From Nemertoderma westbladi (Eukaryota > Animalia > Xenacoelomorpha), in NCBI GenBank assembly GCA_032718475.1, contig JAUCBJ010006728.1, positions 1 to 56,640 on the forward strand: DNA of 56,640 nt, written 5' to 3'. How positions within the stretch are numbered: the stretch's first letter is position 1; each line of letters begins with the position of its first letter. Positions 1-12,589 of this stretch are shown here, piece by piece. Both the position numbers and the translations under genes were made by a program. The notes below the pieces were generated by a model, which was not told the DNA's origin, did not search any database, and was given only the letters and a program-made list of their open reading frames with translations.

Positions 1-340
1 GTTGTGGGTTGGGAGGTGGGGGGGTCCGGGTTGTGGGTTGGGAGGTGGGGGGGTCCGGGTTGTGGGTTGGGAGGTGGGGGGGGGTCCGGGTTGTGGGTTG
101 GGAGGTGGGGGGGTCCGGGTTGTGGGTTGGAGGTGGGGGGGTCCGGGTTGTGGGTTGGGAGGTGGGGGGGGTCCGGGTTGTGGGTTGGGAGGTGGGGGGG
201 TCCGGGTTGTGGGTTGGGAGGTGGGGGGGGGTCCGAGTTGTGGGTTGGAGGTGGGGGGGGGGGTCCGGGTTGTGGGTTGGGAGGTGGGGAGGGTCCGGGT
301 TGTGGGTTGGGAGGTGGGGGGGTCCGGGTTGTGGGTTGGA
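1..340. repeat. G-rich minisatellite, ~29-32 bp unit (GTTGTGGGTTGGGAGGTGGGGGGGTCCGG), runs off the window start
   Basis: About 11 near-identical copies that differ mainly in G-tract length. G-quadruplex-prone. Confidence 0.97.
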
Positions 341-519
341 AGTTGGCAGTTGCCAGTTATCGTAGTTTTATAAATATTTTGTTTTAAAGATTAAAGGAAA
401 GCTGCACATTGTAATTTGTGAATGACTCCAACAACTGCTGCTAAATTCCTTATAGCAACATGTGCTAGTGCCAAACGCTCAATCCAAATAGTAATTAATC
501 AGTCAGGTAACTAAAATAA

Positions 520-3500
520 CGGCCAAATAGTAAACAAACATAACCGCCAAATAGTAACAAACAGAACGGCCAAATAGTATCAAACATATCGGCCAAATAG
601 TAACAAACAGAACGGCCAAATAGTATCAAACATATCGGCCAAATAGTAACAAACAGAACGGCCAAATAGTAACAAGCATAACGGCCAAATAGTAACAAAC
701 ATATCGGCCAAATAGTAACAAACATAACGGCCAAATAGTAACAAGCATAACGGCCAAATAGTAACAATGCATATCGGCCAAATAGTAACAAACATAACGG
801 CCAAATAGTAACAAACAGAACGGGCCAAATAGTAACAAACATAACAGCCAAATAGTAACAAACAGAACGGCCAAATAGTAACAAAACATAACGGCCAAAT
901 AGTAACAAACAGAACGGCCAAATAGTAACAAGCATAACGGCCAAATAGTAACAAACATATCGGCCAAATAGTAACAAACATAACGGCCAAATAGTAACAA
1001 AAATATCGGCCAAATAGCAACAAACAGAACGGCCAAATAGTAACAAGCATAACGGCCAAATAGTAACAAACATAACGGCCAAATAGTAACAAACATAACG
1101 GCCAAATAGTAACAAACAGAACGGCCAAACAGTAACAAACATAACAGCCAAATAGTAACAAACATAACGGCCAAATAGTAACAAACATAACGGCCAAATA
1201 GTAACAAACATAACGGCCAAATAGTAACAAACATAACAGCCAAATAGTAAACAAACAGAACGGCCAAATAGTAACAAACATAACGGCCAAATAGTAACAA
1301 ACATATCGGCCAAATAGTAAACAAACAGAACGGCCAAATAGTAACAAACATAACGGCCAAATAGTAACAAACAGAACGGCCAAATAGTAACAAGCATAAC
1401 GGCCAAATAGTAACAAACATATCGGCCAAATAGTAACAAACATAACGGCCAAATAGTAACAAACATATCGGCCAAATAGTAACAAACAGAACGGCCAAAT
1501 AGTAACAAACATAACAGCCAAATAGTAACAAACAGAACGGCCAAATAGTAATAAACAGAACGGCCAAATAGTAACAAACATAACGGCCAAATAGTAACAA
1601 ACATAACGGCCAAATAGTAACAAACATATCGGCCAAATAGTAACAAACAGAACGGCCAAATAGTAACAAACATAACAGCCAAATAGTAACAAACAGAACG
1701 GCCAAATAGTAACAAACATAACGGCCAAATAGTAACAAACATATCGGCCAAATAGTAACAAACAGAACGGCCAAATAGTAACAAACATAACGGCCAAATA
1801 GTAACAAACAGAACGGCCAAATAGTAACAAGCATAACGGCCAAATAGTAACAAACATATCGGCCAAATAGTAACAAACATAACGGCCAAATAGTAACAAA
1901 CATAACGGCCAAATAGTAACAAACAGAACGGCCAAATAGTAACAAACATAACAGCCAAATAGTAACAAACAGAACGGCCAAATAGTAACAAACATATCGG
2001 CCAACTAGTAACAAACAGAACGGCCAAATAGTAACAAGCATAACGGCCAAATAGTAAGAAACATATCGGCCAAATAGTAACAAACAGAACGGCCAAATAG
2101 AAACAAACATAACGGCCAAATAGTAACAAACATATCGGCCAAATAGTAACAAACATACCGGCCAAATAGTAACAAACATAACGCCCAAATAGTAACAAAC
2201 ATAACGCCCAAATAGTAACAAACATACCGGCCAAATAGTAACAAACATAACGCCCAAATAGTAACAAACATACCGGCCAAATAGTAACAAACATACCGGC
2301 CAAATAGTAACAAACATAACGGCCAAATAGTAACAAACATACCGGCCAAATAGTAACAAACATAACGCCCAAATAGTAACAAACATACCGGCCAAATAGT
2401 AACAAACATACCGGCCAAATAGTAACAAACATAACGCCCAAATAGTAACAAACATACCGGCCAAATAGTAACAAACATACCGGCCAAATAGTAACAAACA
2501 TACCGGCCAAATAGTAACAAACATACCGGCCAAATAGTAACAAACATAACGCCCAAATAGTAACAAACATACCGGCCAAATAGTAACAAACATAACGCCC
2601 AAATAGTAACAAACATACCGGCCAAATAGTAACAAACATACCGGCCAAATAGTAACAAACATACCGGCCAAATAGTAACAAACATACCGGCCAAATAGTA
2701 ACAAACATACCGGCCAAATAGTAACAAACATACCGGCCAAATAGTAACAAACATAACGCCCAAATAGTAACAAACATAACGCCCAAATAGTAACAAACAT
2801 ACCGGCCAAATAGTAACAAACATAACGCCCAAATAGTAACAAACATACCGGCCAAATAGTAACAAACATAACGCCCAAATAGTAACAAACATACCGGCCA
2901 AATAGTAACAAACATACCGGCCAAATAGTAACAAACATAACGCCCAAATAGTAACAAACATAACGCCCAAATAGTAACAAACATACCGGCCAAATAGTAA
3001 CAAACATAACGCCCAAATAGTAACAAACATACCGGCCAAATAGTAACAAACATACCGGCCAAATAGTAACAAACATAACGCCCAAATAGTAACAAACATA
3101 ACGGCCAAATAGTAACAAACATAACGGCCAAATAGTAACAAACAGAACGGCCAAATAGTAACAAACATAATGGCCAAATTGTAACAAACATAACGGCCAA
3201 ATAGTAACAAACATACCGGCCAAATAGTAACAAACATAACGGCCAAATAGTAACAAACATACCGGCCAAATTGTATCAAACATAATGGCCAAATTGTAAC
3301 AAACATAACGCCCAAATAGTAACAAACATACCGGCCAAATTGTATCAAACATAACAGCCAAATAGTAACAAACATAATGGCCAAATTGTAACAAACATAA
3401 CGCCCAAATAGTAACAAACATACCGGCCAAATAGTATCAAACATAATGGCCAAATTGTAACAAACATAACGCCCAAATAGTAACAAACATACCGGCCAAA

Positions 3501-5385
3501 TAGTATCAAACATAATGGCCAAATTGTAACAAACATAATGCCCAAATAGTAACAAACATAACGCCCAAATAGTAACAAACATACCGGCCAAATTGTATCA
3601 AACATAACAGCCAAATAGTAACAAACATAATGGCCAAATTGTAACAAACATAACGCCCAAATAGTAACAAACATACCGGCCAAATAGTATCAAACATAAC
3701 AGCCAAATAGTAACAAACATAATGGCCAAATTGTAACAAACATAACGCCCAAATAGTAACAAACATACCGGCCAAATAGTATCAAACATAATGGCCAAAT
3801 TGTAACAAACATAACGCCCAAATAGTAACAAACATACCGGCCAAATAGTATCAAACATAACAGCCAAATAGTAACAAACATAATGGCCAAATTGTAACAA
3901 ACATAACGCCCAAATAGTAACAAACATACCGGCCAAATAGTATCAAACATAATGGCCAAATTGTAACAAACATAACGCCCAAATAGTAACAAACATACCG
4001 GCCAAATAGTATCAAACATAATGGCCAAATTGTAACAAACATAACGCCCAAATAGTAACAAACATACCGGCCAAATAGTATCAAACATAACAGCCAAATA
4101 GTAACAAACATAATGGCCAAATTGTAACAAACATAACGCCCAAATAGTAACAAACATACCGGCCAAATAGTATCAAACATAATGGCCAAATTGTAACAAA
4201 CATAACGCCCAAATAGTAACAAACATACCGGCCAAATAGTATCAAACATAACAGCCAAATAGTAACAAACATAATGGCCAAATTGTAACAAACATAACGC
4301 CCAAATAGTAACAAACATACCGGCCAAATAGTATCAAACATAATGGCCAAATTGTAACAAACATAACGCCCAAATAGTAACAAACATACCGGCCAAATAG
4401 TATCAAACATAATGGCCAAATTGTAACAAACATAATGCCCAAATAGTAACAAACATAACGCCCAAATAGTAACAAACATACCGGCCAAATAGTATCAAAC
4501 ATAATGGCCAAATTGTAACAAACATAACGCCCAAATAGTAACAAACATAACGCCCAAATAGTAACAAACATAACGCCCAAATAGTAACAAACATACCGGC
4601 CAAATAGTATCAAACATAACGGCCAAATTGTAACAAACATAACGCCCAAATAGTAACAAACATAACGCCCAAATAGTAACAAACATACCGGCCAAATAGT
4701 AACAAACATACCGGCCAAATAGTAACAAACATAACGCCCAAATAGTAACAAACATATCGGCCAAATAGTAACAAACATAACGGCCAAATAGTAACAAACA
4801 TATCGGCCAAATAGTAACAAACAGAACGGCCAAATAGTAACAAACATAACGCCCAAATAGTAACAAACATACCGGCCAAATAGTAACAAACATAACGCCC
4901 AAATAGTAACAAACATAACGCCCAAATAGTAACAAACATATCGGCCAAATAGTAACAAACATAACGGCCAAATAGTAACAAACATACCGGCCAAATAGTA
5001 TCAAACATAATGGCCAAATAGTAACAAACATAACGCCCAAATAGTAACAAACATACCGGCCAAATAGTAACAAACATAACGCCCAAATAGTAACAAACAT
5101 ACCGGCCAAATAGTAACAAACATACCGGCCAAATAGTAACAAACATAACGCCCAAATAGTAACAAACATATCGGCCAAATAGTAACAAACATAACGGCCA
5201 AATAGTAACAAACATACCGGCCAAATAGTAACAAACAGAACGGCCAAATAGTAACAAACATATCGACCAAATAGTAACAAGCATAGCGGCCAAATAGAAA
5301 CAAACATAACGGCCAAATAGTAACAAACATAACGGCCAAATAGTAACAAACAAATGCCCAAATTGTAACAAACATAACGGCTAAA
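520..5385. repeat. 23-bp minisatellite (GGCCAAATAGTAACAAACATAAC) with variant domains and 3-/4-mer higher-order repeats
   Basis: Direct periodicity of 23 bp over ~4.9 kb. Variants cluster regionally (AGAAC/ATATC early, ATACC/ACGCCC in the middle, ATAATGG-AATTG-TATCA at 3150-4640). Confidence 0.98.
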
Positions 5386-6389
5386 TACGTTACATGCGTG
5401 ATCGATCTGCACTATTTACGTGTCACACTGGTAGACCCAGACACATCCCACACATTCACTTTTTGCGTGTTCTAAATAATCTCAAGCCTAGTGTCAATTA
5501 TAGCCGGAGATGATAACATATGGAGTGGCCGTTATGTTGTGTATATAGGTAATCATTGCGCGAAAATAGAGCAGATTGAGAACGAAAATTACGATATTTT
5601 GGAACTAAGATTTTCTATGGGAACTAAGGGTTATTGGTTGAAGTAGGCGTCAGTCAGCCACTTATGGTCACAAGAACCAACTGTATTCCAGAACGTTTAC
5701 AGTGAATTCTCATGTGCCATACCCGACTGATGACTCAATATTCTGGATTAAAAGGTTAAGTCCTATCTGGTCCATTGTAGGTAGTGGGTGTAATAGAGAT
5801 AATTATACGATTTAATCGAAAACCCCTGAATGATAGTAGAGATTATTAATGGAGGACAACAAAATTCTGGTGAATAGTAATGAGATAGCTGATAGGGTTC
5901 ACAGCGATATATGTAAGTTAAAGATTCTCAAATGGAATCGAAGGAAGATAAACCTGGAAAATTCTAAAATGTAAAAAAGTGGCATATATTTTGTAATAAG
6001 TTTAAATTCTCAAAAAATTTCATTAGATAGATTAAACATCATAGTGCTTATAGGCCTCATAGTGAGGATAAGTTTGGATATTTTGCTGAATAGTTTAATT
6101 TACTTATATATGGTTTAACATAGAGAGTAAATTACAGGATGTATCGATTTTCTAATATTTATTATTTTACTGCACTGGTGTAACGAGTGTATAAAACATT
6201 AGTGAACTAAACACTAAACGTGTCATATATTACCGGTACTTACTTACTCCCATTTAGTAAAGTTTATTGCCTAGCCAGTTATAAATAAACGCAATCCGGT
6301 GTGTCGCTTACTCGGCTGGCGAAGTGCACCCTAATGCACATAGGGAGCGTGGGTTTGACAAGTGGAGAGGGGAGGGGTACCTCAAGGGG

Positions 6390-7742
6390 GTAACGTACGG
6401 TTCGAGGGTAGGGTTGGGCGCTGTGCAGTTACGTAGGGTTCGAGGGTAGGGGCGGGCGCTGTACAGTTACGTAGGGTGCGAGGGTAGGGGTGGGCGCTGT
6501 ACAGTTACGTACGATAAGAGGGTAGGGGTGGGCGCTGTACAGTTACGTAGGGTTCGAGGGTTGGGGTGGGCGCTGTACAGTTACGTAGGGTGCGAGGGTA
6601 GGGGTGGGCGCTGTACAGTTACGTACGATAAGAGGGTAGGGGTGGGCGCTGTACAGTTACGTACGGTTCGAGGGTAGGGGTGGGCACTGTACAGTTACGT
6701 ACGGTTCGAGGGTAGGGGTGGGCGCTGTACAGTTACGTAGGGTTCGAGGGTTGGGGTGGGCGCTGTAAAGTTACGTACGGTTCGAGGGTAGGGGTGGGCA
6801 CTGTACAGTTACGTACGGTTCGAGGGTAGGGGTGGGCGTTGTACAGTTACGTAGGGTTCGAGGGTTGGGGTGGGCGCTGTACAGTTACGTAGGGTTCGAG
6901 GGTAGGGGTGGGCGCTGTACAGTTACGTACGGTAAGAGGGTAGGGGTGGGCGCTGTACAGTTACGTACGGTAAGTGGGTAGGGGTGGGCGCTGTACAGTT
7001 ACATACGGTAAGAGGGTAGGGGTGGGCGCTGTACAGTTACGTAGGGTTCGAGGTTTGGGGTGGGCGCTGTACAGTTACGTAGGGTTCGAGGTTTGGGGTG
7101 GGCGCTGTACAGTTACGTAGGGTTCGAGAGTAGGGGTGGGCGATGTACAGTTACGTACGGTTCGAGGGTAGGGGTGGGCGCTGTACAGTTACGTAGGGTT
7201 CGAGGGTTGGGGTGGGCGCTGTACAGTTACGTAGGGTTCGAGGGTAGGGGTGGGCGCTGTACAGTTACGTACGGTAAGAGGGTAGGGGTGGGCGCTGTAC
7301 AGTTACGTACGGTAAGAGGGTAGGGGTGGGCGCTGTACAGTTACGTACGGTAAGAGGGTAGGGGTGGGCGCTGTACAGTTACGTAGGGTTCGAGGGTAGG
7401 GATGGGCGCTGTACAGTTACGTAGGGTTCGAGGGTAGGGATGGGCGCTGTACAGTTACGTACGGTTCAAGGGTAGGGGTGGGCGCTGTACAGTTACGTAC
7501 GGTAAGAGGGTAGGGGTGGGCGCTGTACAGTTAAGTAGGGTTCGAGCGTAGGGGTGGGCGCTGTACAGTTACGTACGGTTCGAGGGTAGGGGTGGGCGCT
7601 GTACAGTTACGTACGGTAAGAGGGTAGGGGTGGGCGCTGTACAGTTAAGTAGGGTTCGAGGGTAGGGGTGGGCGCTGTACAGTTACGTAGGGTTCGAGGG
7701 TAGGGGTGGGCGCTGTACAGTTACGTAGGATTCGAGAGTAGG
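6390..7742. repeat. 38-bp G-rich minisatellite (GAGGGTAGGGGTGGGCGCTGTACAGTTACGTAGGGTTC)
   Basis: Period of 38 bp (e.g. AGGGTAGGGG at 6671 and 6709), about 35 copies. Confidence 0.97.
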
Positions 7743-10592
7743 TAGTTAATATCGTTTAAAATGACCAACTGAACGCAGTGAAAATTAATAATTTATCGTT
7801 TGTGTTTTAGATTCTGGTTAATTAACACGATTATACAGGAACTGAACAATTTTTCGGACTAATATTTTATCGACATTATTAAGGCATTTTGCTATTATTT
7901 TCAGATGGAAATTATTTAAATATGCTTACCCTATTTTAGCTAAATTAGCAGTAACTTTAGCATTTAGCAAGGAGCTAATCTAAATGAGGTATTTAGTATC
8001 TGCAGTAAATTATACCAGTACACGATTCAATTTACACTGAACCTTTGTAACTTACCTCTCCGTGCGTTAATTTATATGTTTTATCCAACTTAAGTAAAAC
8101 AACTGTGGAAAAACTTCACAAAAATTGTGTGAAATTTAACAGAATGTCATCTTTTATAGGATAAGTAAACTCAACCGCTGTTGGATTTTCTAATTAATTT
8201 CCTGTTTATCACCTGCTAATAATTAGCTAAAAGGAAACCGAAAACATCTAACGATATTTGACAGCGAAAAGTTCGTTAAAATGTTTCACGAACCGCAAAC
8301 CGGGTGACGAATTAATAGAGGAATCCTGGTAGCAAACACCTGCCTAAATTATCGGACAGGTAACAAAAGTAAAATTGAACTGCTTTGATTCCGCAGGCAG
8401 GCAGGTGGTTGCGGCCGCAGGTACCTTCTCATATCCATGTAATTATTGTTCATTGTGGCCACAGCGACGTTTCATTTTATTGAAATATTTTTGTGGTATC
8501 CGAGATGTGCTTTAGTTAGGATGATACAGTTAATATTCTGCTTTCTTGTATTACGGTTTTATTAAATCCTAATATATCGGTAAACCCATTTATTAAAACC
8601 GGCATTGTTAGAGTTTCTCTCACCCAAATATTCAATATATTTAACCGAGAATTTTGTATATGTAGTAACTCATTGATTAATTAATAATTAAAGTGTAACT
8701 GGTGTAATACTTGAGTTTATCGGACTTAAGTTTAGTTTAACTAATAAATGATATAATTAAAACAGCAATATGAGACAGGTTACTTTAGAAAATCTCAATC
8801 GCCGATATGATCAATGCAAATAAGCTACGTATTTTGTGGCTTTGAATTTCCAATATTATAATGTTGTTTGCTGCAGGGGTATTTTATGTACAGAATAATT
8901 TACAATAATAATTAGAAGTGATTGATAAATAGAATCTAAAAATGAAGGAGTAGTCCGTCGTGTTACAATTTATTATAATTTAAATATTGTATTTGCTTTA
9001 CCCGCCCTTGTGGTTGTGGCACCATCGTCAAACCTTCTTCCAACCATGCTCTTGTCTACAAGTTTGAGTAGAATATACAAAATCCTTTATTGGGTTCAGC
9101 GCCTCTACAAAGACACAATCTACTGTGCCCTCCGTCCTGCTGAGGCTCCTTTTTCCATAAAACCAACTGGCCTCAGTCACGACAACGATCGTAAAATATC
9201 AAGTCAGTTGCTTCCCCTGTCAAACAGCTGGACGCTTCAGCAGTGGAATTTGTGTGCTAATGTCTCTAGCTCTGCTAGGAGGTAAACACAACGCCACTAA
9301 CGTAAACCCTAAACATTTTAAGCCTTTCATTTTTACATTTACCCGCCATATTTACTGGGACTTTCAGCGATTTATTACATTTTGTTGAAACTAAAACATT
9401 AATAATTTTAGTGATAGTACGAATAGTGGAAAAAAAAGAAAAAACAACATTGTATCATTAACACTATTTCAAATTATTGATAAGAATGTAATATTTTATA
9501 AGTCTTGCTAACCTTCTCAATGCATTGTGTATGTATAGAAAAACACATTTTTATTTGTTAGTTAATACTAGCGCAGATGTCATAGAATGCCGCAGATTAA
9601 TTTTATCCCGGACAATTAGCCGGGATCCCGGAGTAATTCCGCCCGGACAATCCGGTACTGGTCCCGGTTATTAAAGGAATTGTTCTTCATCCACTGTAAT
9701 ATTTTTGGATATTCAAACTGAGACGCTGTGACATTTTTAGGACATTATAACGACCATAATATCCAAAATTTTGCTAAATTTATAAAATTATGACTTTGAA
9801 TTATGTGACAAGTTTGAAACCTGACCAACAAACCCTAAATAAAATAACCAACTAATGTTTTATATACTTGAAGCACTGTTATATATTTGGATACTATTGA
9901 AAGATACGATCTATTTAAGATAGATCTTAAAAATTGTAGCCCAGTACAAAAAATGTATTTTATTTAGATTTTATAGATTTTATTTTATATAATCGCCCAT
10001 CCTGGTTTAAAATATAATCGTACAATTATTTATTTGAAAAAATTAACAATTTATGATATAGGGCAATAATTCTATTGGTTTTATGGAATTCTATTAGCCA
10101 ACATCGCTGGATTAATTTACCATCCTTTTAGTTTAGTAAGTGTTCCGTATAACGTCCGAGGCCCTCAGTATATGCAATAATATTCTACCCCCCTCTCTAC
10201 TGTATGTCTGCCGGCCCCGTACCGTGTGTGTGGCCCGGCTACTTACTGCAGTAAACGATTTAATCCCTTGGCAACTTAAACTTACTGTCCTTCTCTCTCT
10301 CTCTATTTGTTAATAATAATATGAAATACGTGATTGCACTTTATAAATCTACTATTATTCTCGTTTGAAATACATTAGACTAAATAAATTATTTCTCAGT
10401 TACGTCTCTTTAGTAAGAATCGAAGCAATAAATAGTCAGAAAAATCGATGTATTCGCGGATTAAAGTCGATCAAAGCAACCCAAATATAATTTAAGTTAA
10501 AATTCCCTAACAAAAATTTAAGGACAGGGTGCACCGTTACCAGTTTCACATTGTCAATGAATCACCTATCATGTACATAACTTTAGTATCAA

Positions 10593-10665
10593 CTTGGCCT
10601 AATGGTTGAATCCGTTGCATGAATTCACATCTCTCAGGAGGTCGTGGATTCGATCCCCGCATGAG
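10593..10665 (+). mobile_element. tRNA-derived SINE head (Pol III A/B boxes)
   Basis: A-box-like TGGCCTAATGG and B-box-like GGATTCGATCCC at tRNA-like spacing. No clean cloverleaf. Confidence 0.45.
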
Positions 10666-10839
10666 TGATGTGGAGTTTCGTTTGTCTGAATGCTTTATAG
10701 GGATCGTACTGGAACTGGAAATGATCCAGTTCCATTATGAATCAATTCCTTAAATAAGGCTCATAAATAAGGTAGAAAGTTAGGTAATATACATCAAAAA
10801 GACCGCCCAGTGCTCATTATAATATTCATATTGAAATAT

Positions 10840-12275
10840 TAGATCACGAAATTCGGCTTGGTAAGTTAGGCCTGATGGGTGTAGGTTCTATAGAATGGTT
10901 CAAGTCCTACCTGTCAGACAGAGGTCAAACTGTAGTCATTAGCAAATCGCAGTCTACTGTACAAGAGATTACCTGTGGTGTACCGCAAGGTAGTATATTA
11001 GGTCCTGTGCTTTTTGTATGCTATGTAAATGATATGATAAGTAGTATAGATCCCGATTTTAAACTCATTTTATATGCCGACGACAGTGCTCTTATTTTCT
11101 CTCATAAAGATCCTATCCATATTTCCCAAAAGTTACGTGCAGTTCTAGAATCCTGTAATGAGTGGTTGGTTGATAATAAGCTATCCATTCGCTACGGTAA
11201 GACTGAAAGTATTTTGTTTGGTTCCAAAAGAAAGTTAAAGAAGGTAACTAAGTTTGAAGTCACTAGTAATGGACATAAGATTGAAAATAAAAAGGAAGTT
11301 AAATATTTAGGCGCCACATTGGATAACTGCTTATCAGGAGAAATCAGAGTGAAAAATTTTTTCTCGAAAGTTAACAGTAGGCTTAGGTTTCTATACAGAA
11401 ATAAAAATAGTTTGAACACCGACTCCCGCAAGTTACTTTGCTCTTCTTTAATACAGTGCCACATGTACTATGCGTGCACTTCTTGGTATGAAGGCTTAAC
11501 CAAACAGCTTAAATGTAAATTACAAGTAGCTCAGAATAAAGTAGTACGATTTATTAAAGACTACAAACCTAGGCACCACCTAACTCCAGATGACTTTTCT
11601 GAATCTGGACTACTTAACTTAGATAGTAGATTTAAGCAGATACGCCTTAACCATGTGCATAAAGTGTATAATGGTAAATGTCCCAATTACCTAAAACAAA
11701 AATTCAACAGAGTACGCGATACACACTCTTACAGTACCAGAGCTAGTGCTTCAAACTTCTACCTTCCGAATTGTAAATCCTTTGAATATGATACTTTCTT
11801 TTTTTAACGGTATTAAAAATTGAAACGCTCTGCCTAATGAAATTAAAAACCTAGATAATCAACATTCTTTTAAATCTGCTGTTAAATCTCACCTCCGTGT
11901 GCAATGTAAAAATAGGTACAATAGTCCTACAGTAAGTTATTAGTTTATTAATTATTTACTATTTATACTGTAATTACGTTTTATAATAAATTGTTCTGTA
12001 CATTACATCTTTATCGTTGAGTCGGGCATTGTCACACTCTCGGTAAAGTTGTACATGTACATAGTGTAATTACGTTTTATATTGATTTTAGGTTAGCATA
12101 GTGTAATATTGTATTTGTAACCAAGTAACATAAAGGACCCCCTTGGAAATAAGCTGCAAAGCTTTAGGGGTAATCCTATATGTTACGTTGGACAATACCT
12201 TTATACCGGTACATTGTTTGGTGTATTTGTTATTGTTTTTACATAATGTATAAATAAATCTATCGATCTATCATT
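10840..12275 (+). mobile_element. 5'-truncated CR1/L2-group LINE (RT C-terminal half plus 3' UTR)
   Basis: RT motifs in ORF 10875-11807. The 3' UTR has a GACCCCC..GGGG hairpin (~12136-12175), AATAAA (~12253) and a short (ATCT)-like tail. Confidence 0.85.
10875..11807 (+). pseudogene. Non-LTR reverse transcriptase fragment (CR1/L2-like ORF2)
   Basis: WFKSYLSDRGQ, GVPQGSILGP, LYADD, KYLG and THSYSTR motifs. 5' truncated, and disrupted near 11807-11825. Confidence 0.9.
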
Positions 12276-12589
12276 ATATACATGATAAAAGTACTTTCCA
12301 GTACATTTCCCATATGCGGAATGCTTCAAATACTAAAATACCTAAAATCACATATCATATATACATAAATCACTAGGTGGGATAAATAATTATTGGGGCG
12401 GCTTTCTCTCGGCTTAAATCTAAATAAAAGACTATTATTGTACATCACCAATACGGAATAACCGCTTCCAATTTATGTTTAGAATGTGTTTAACATGCAC
12501 CAAAGCTTGTTTGTTTGATTGTTTGTGTTTGTTTTGAGAAAAGTCAAGCCAAGTCAGGTCAAGAATTCTAGATCATAAATCTAAAAAAC

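Noticed and set aside
495-5412. Long hydrophobic minus-strand ORFs (up to 934 aa)
   Set aside because: These are translations of a stop-free 23-bp repeat, open in all three frames.
9010-9285. 91-aa ORF or possible host exon
   Set aside because: No recognisable motif and no supporting splice structure.
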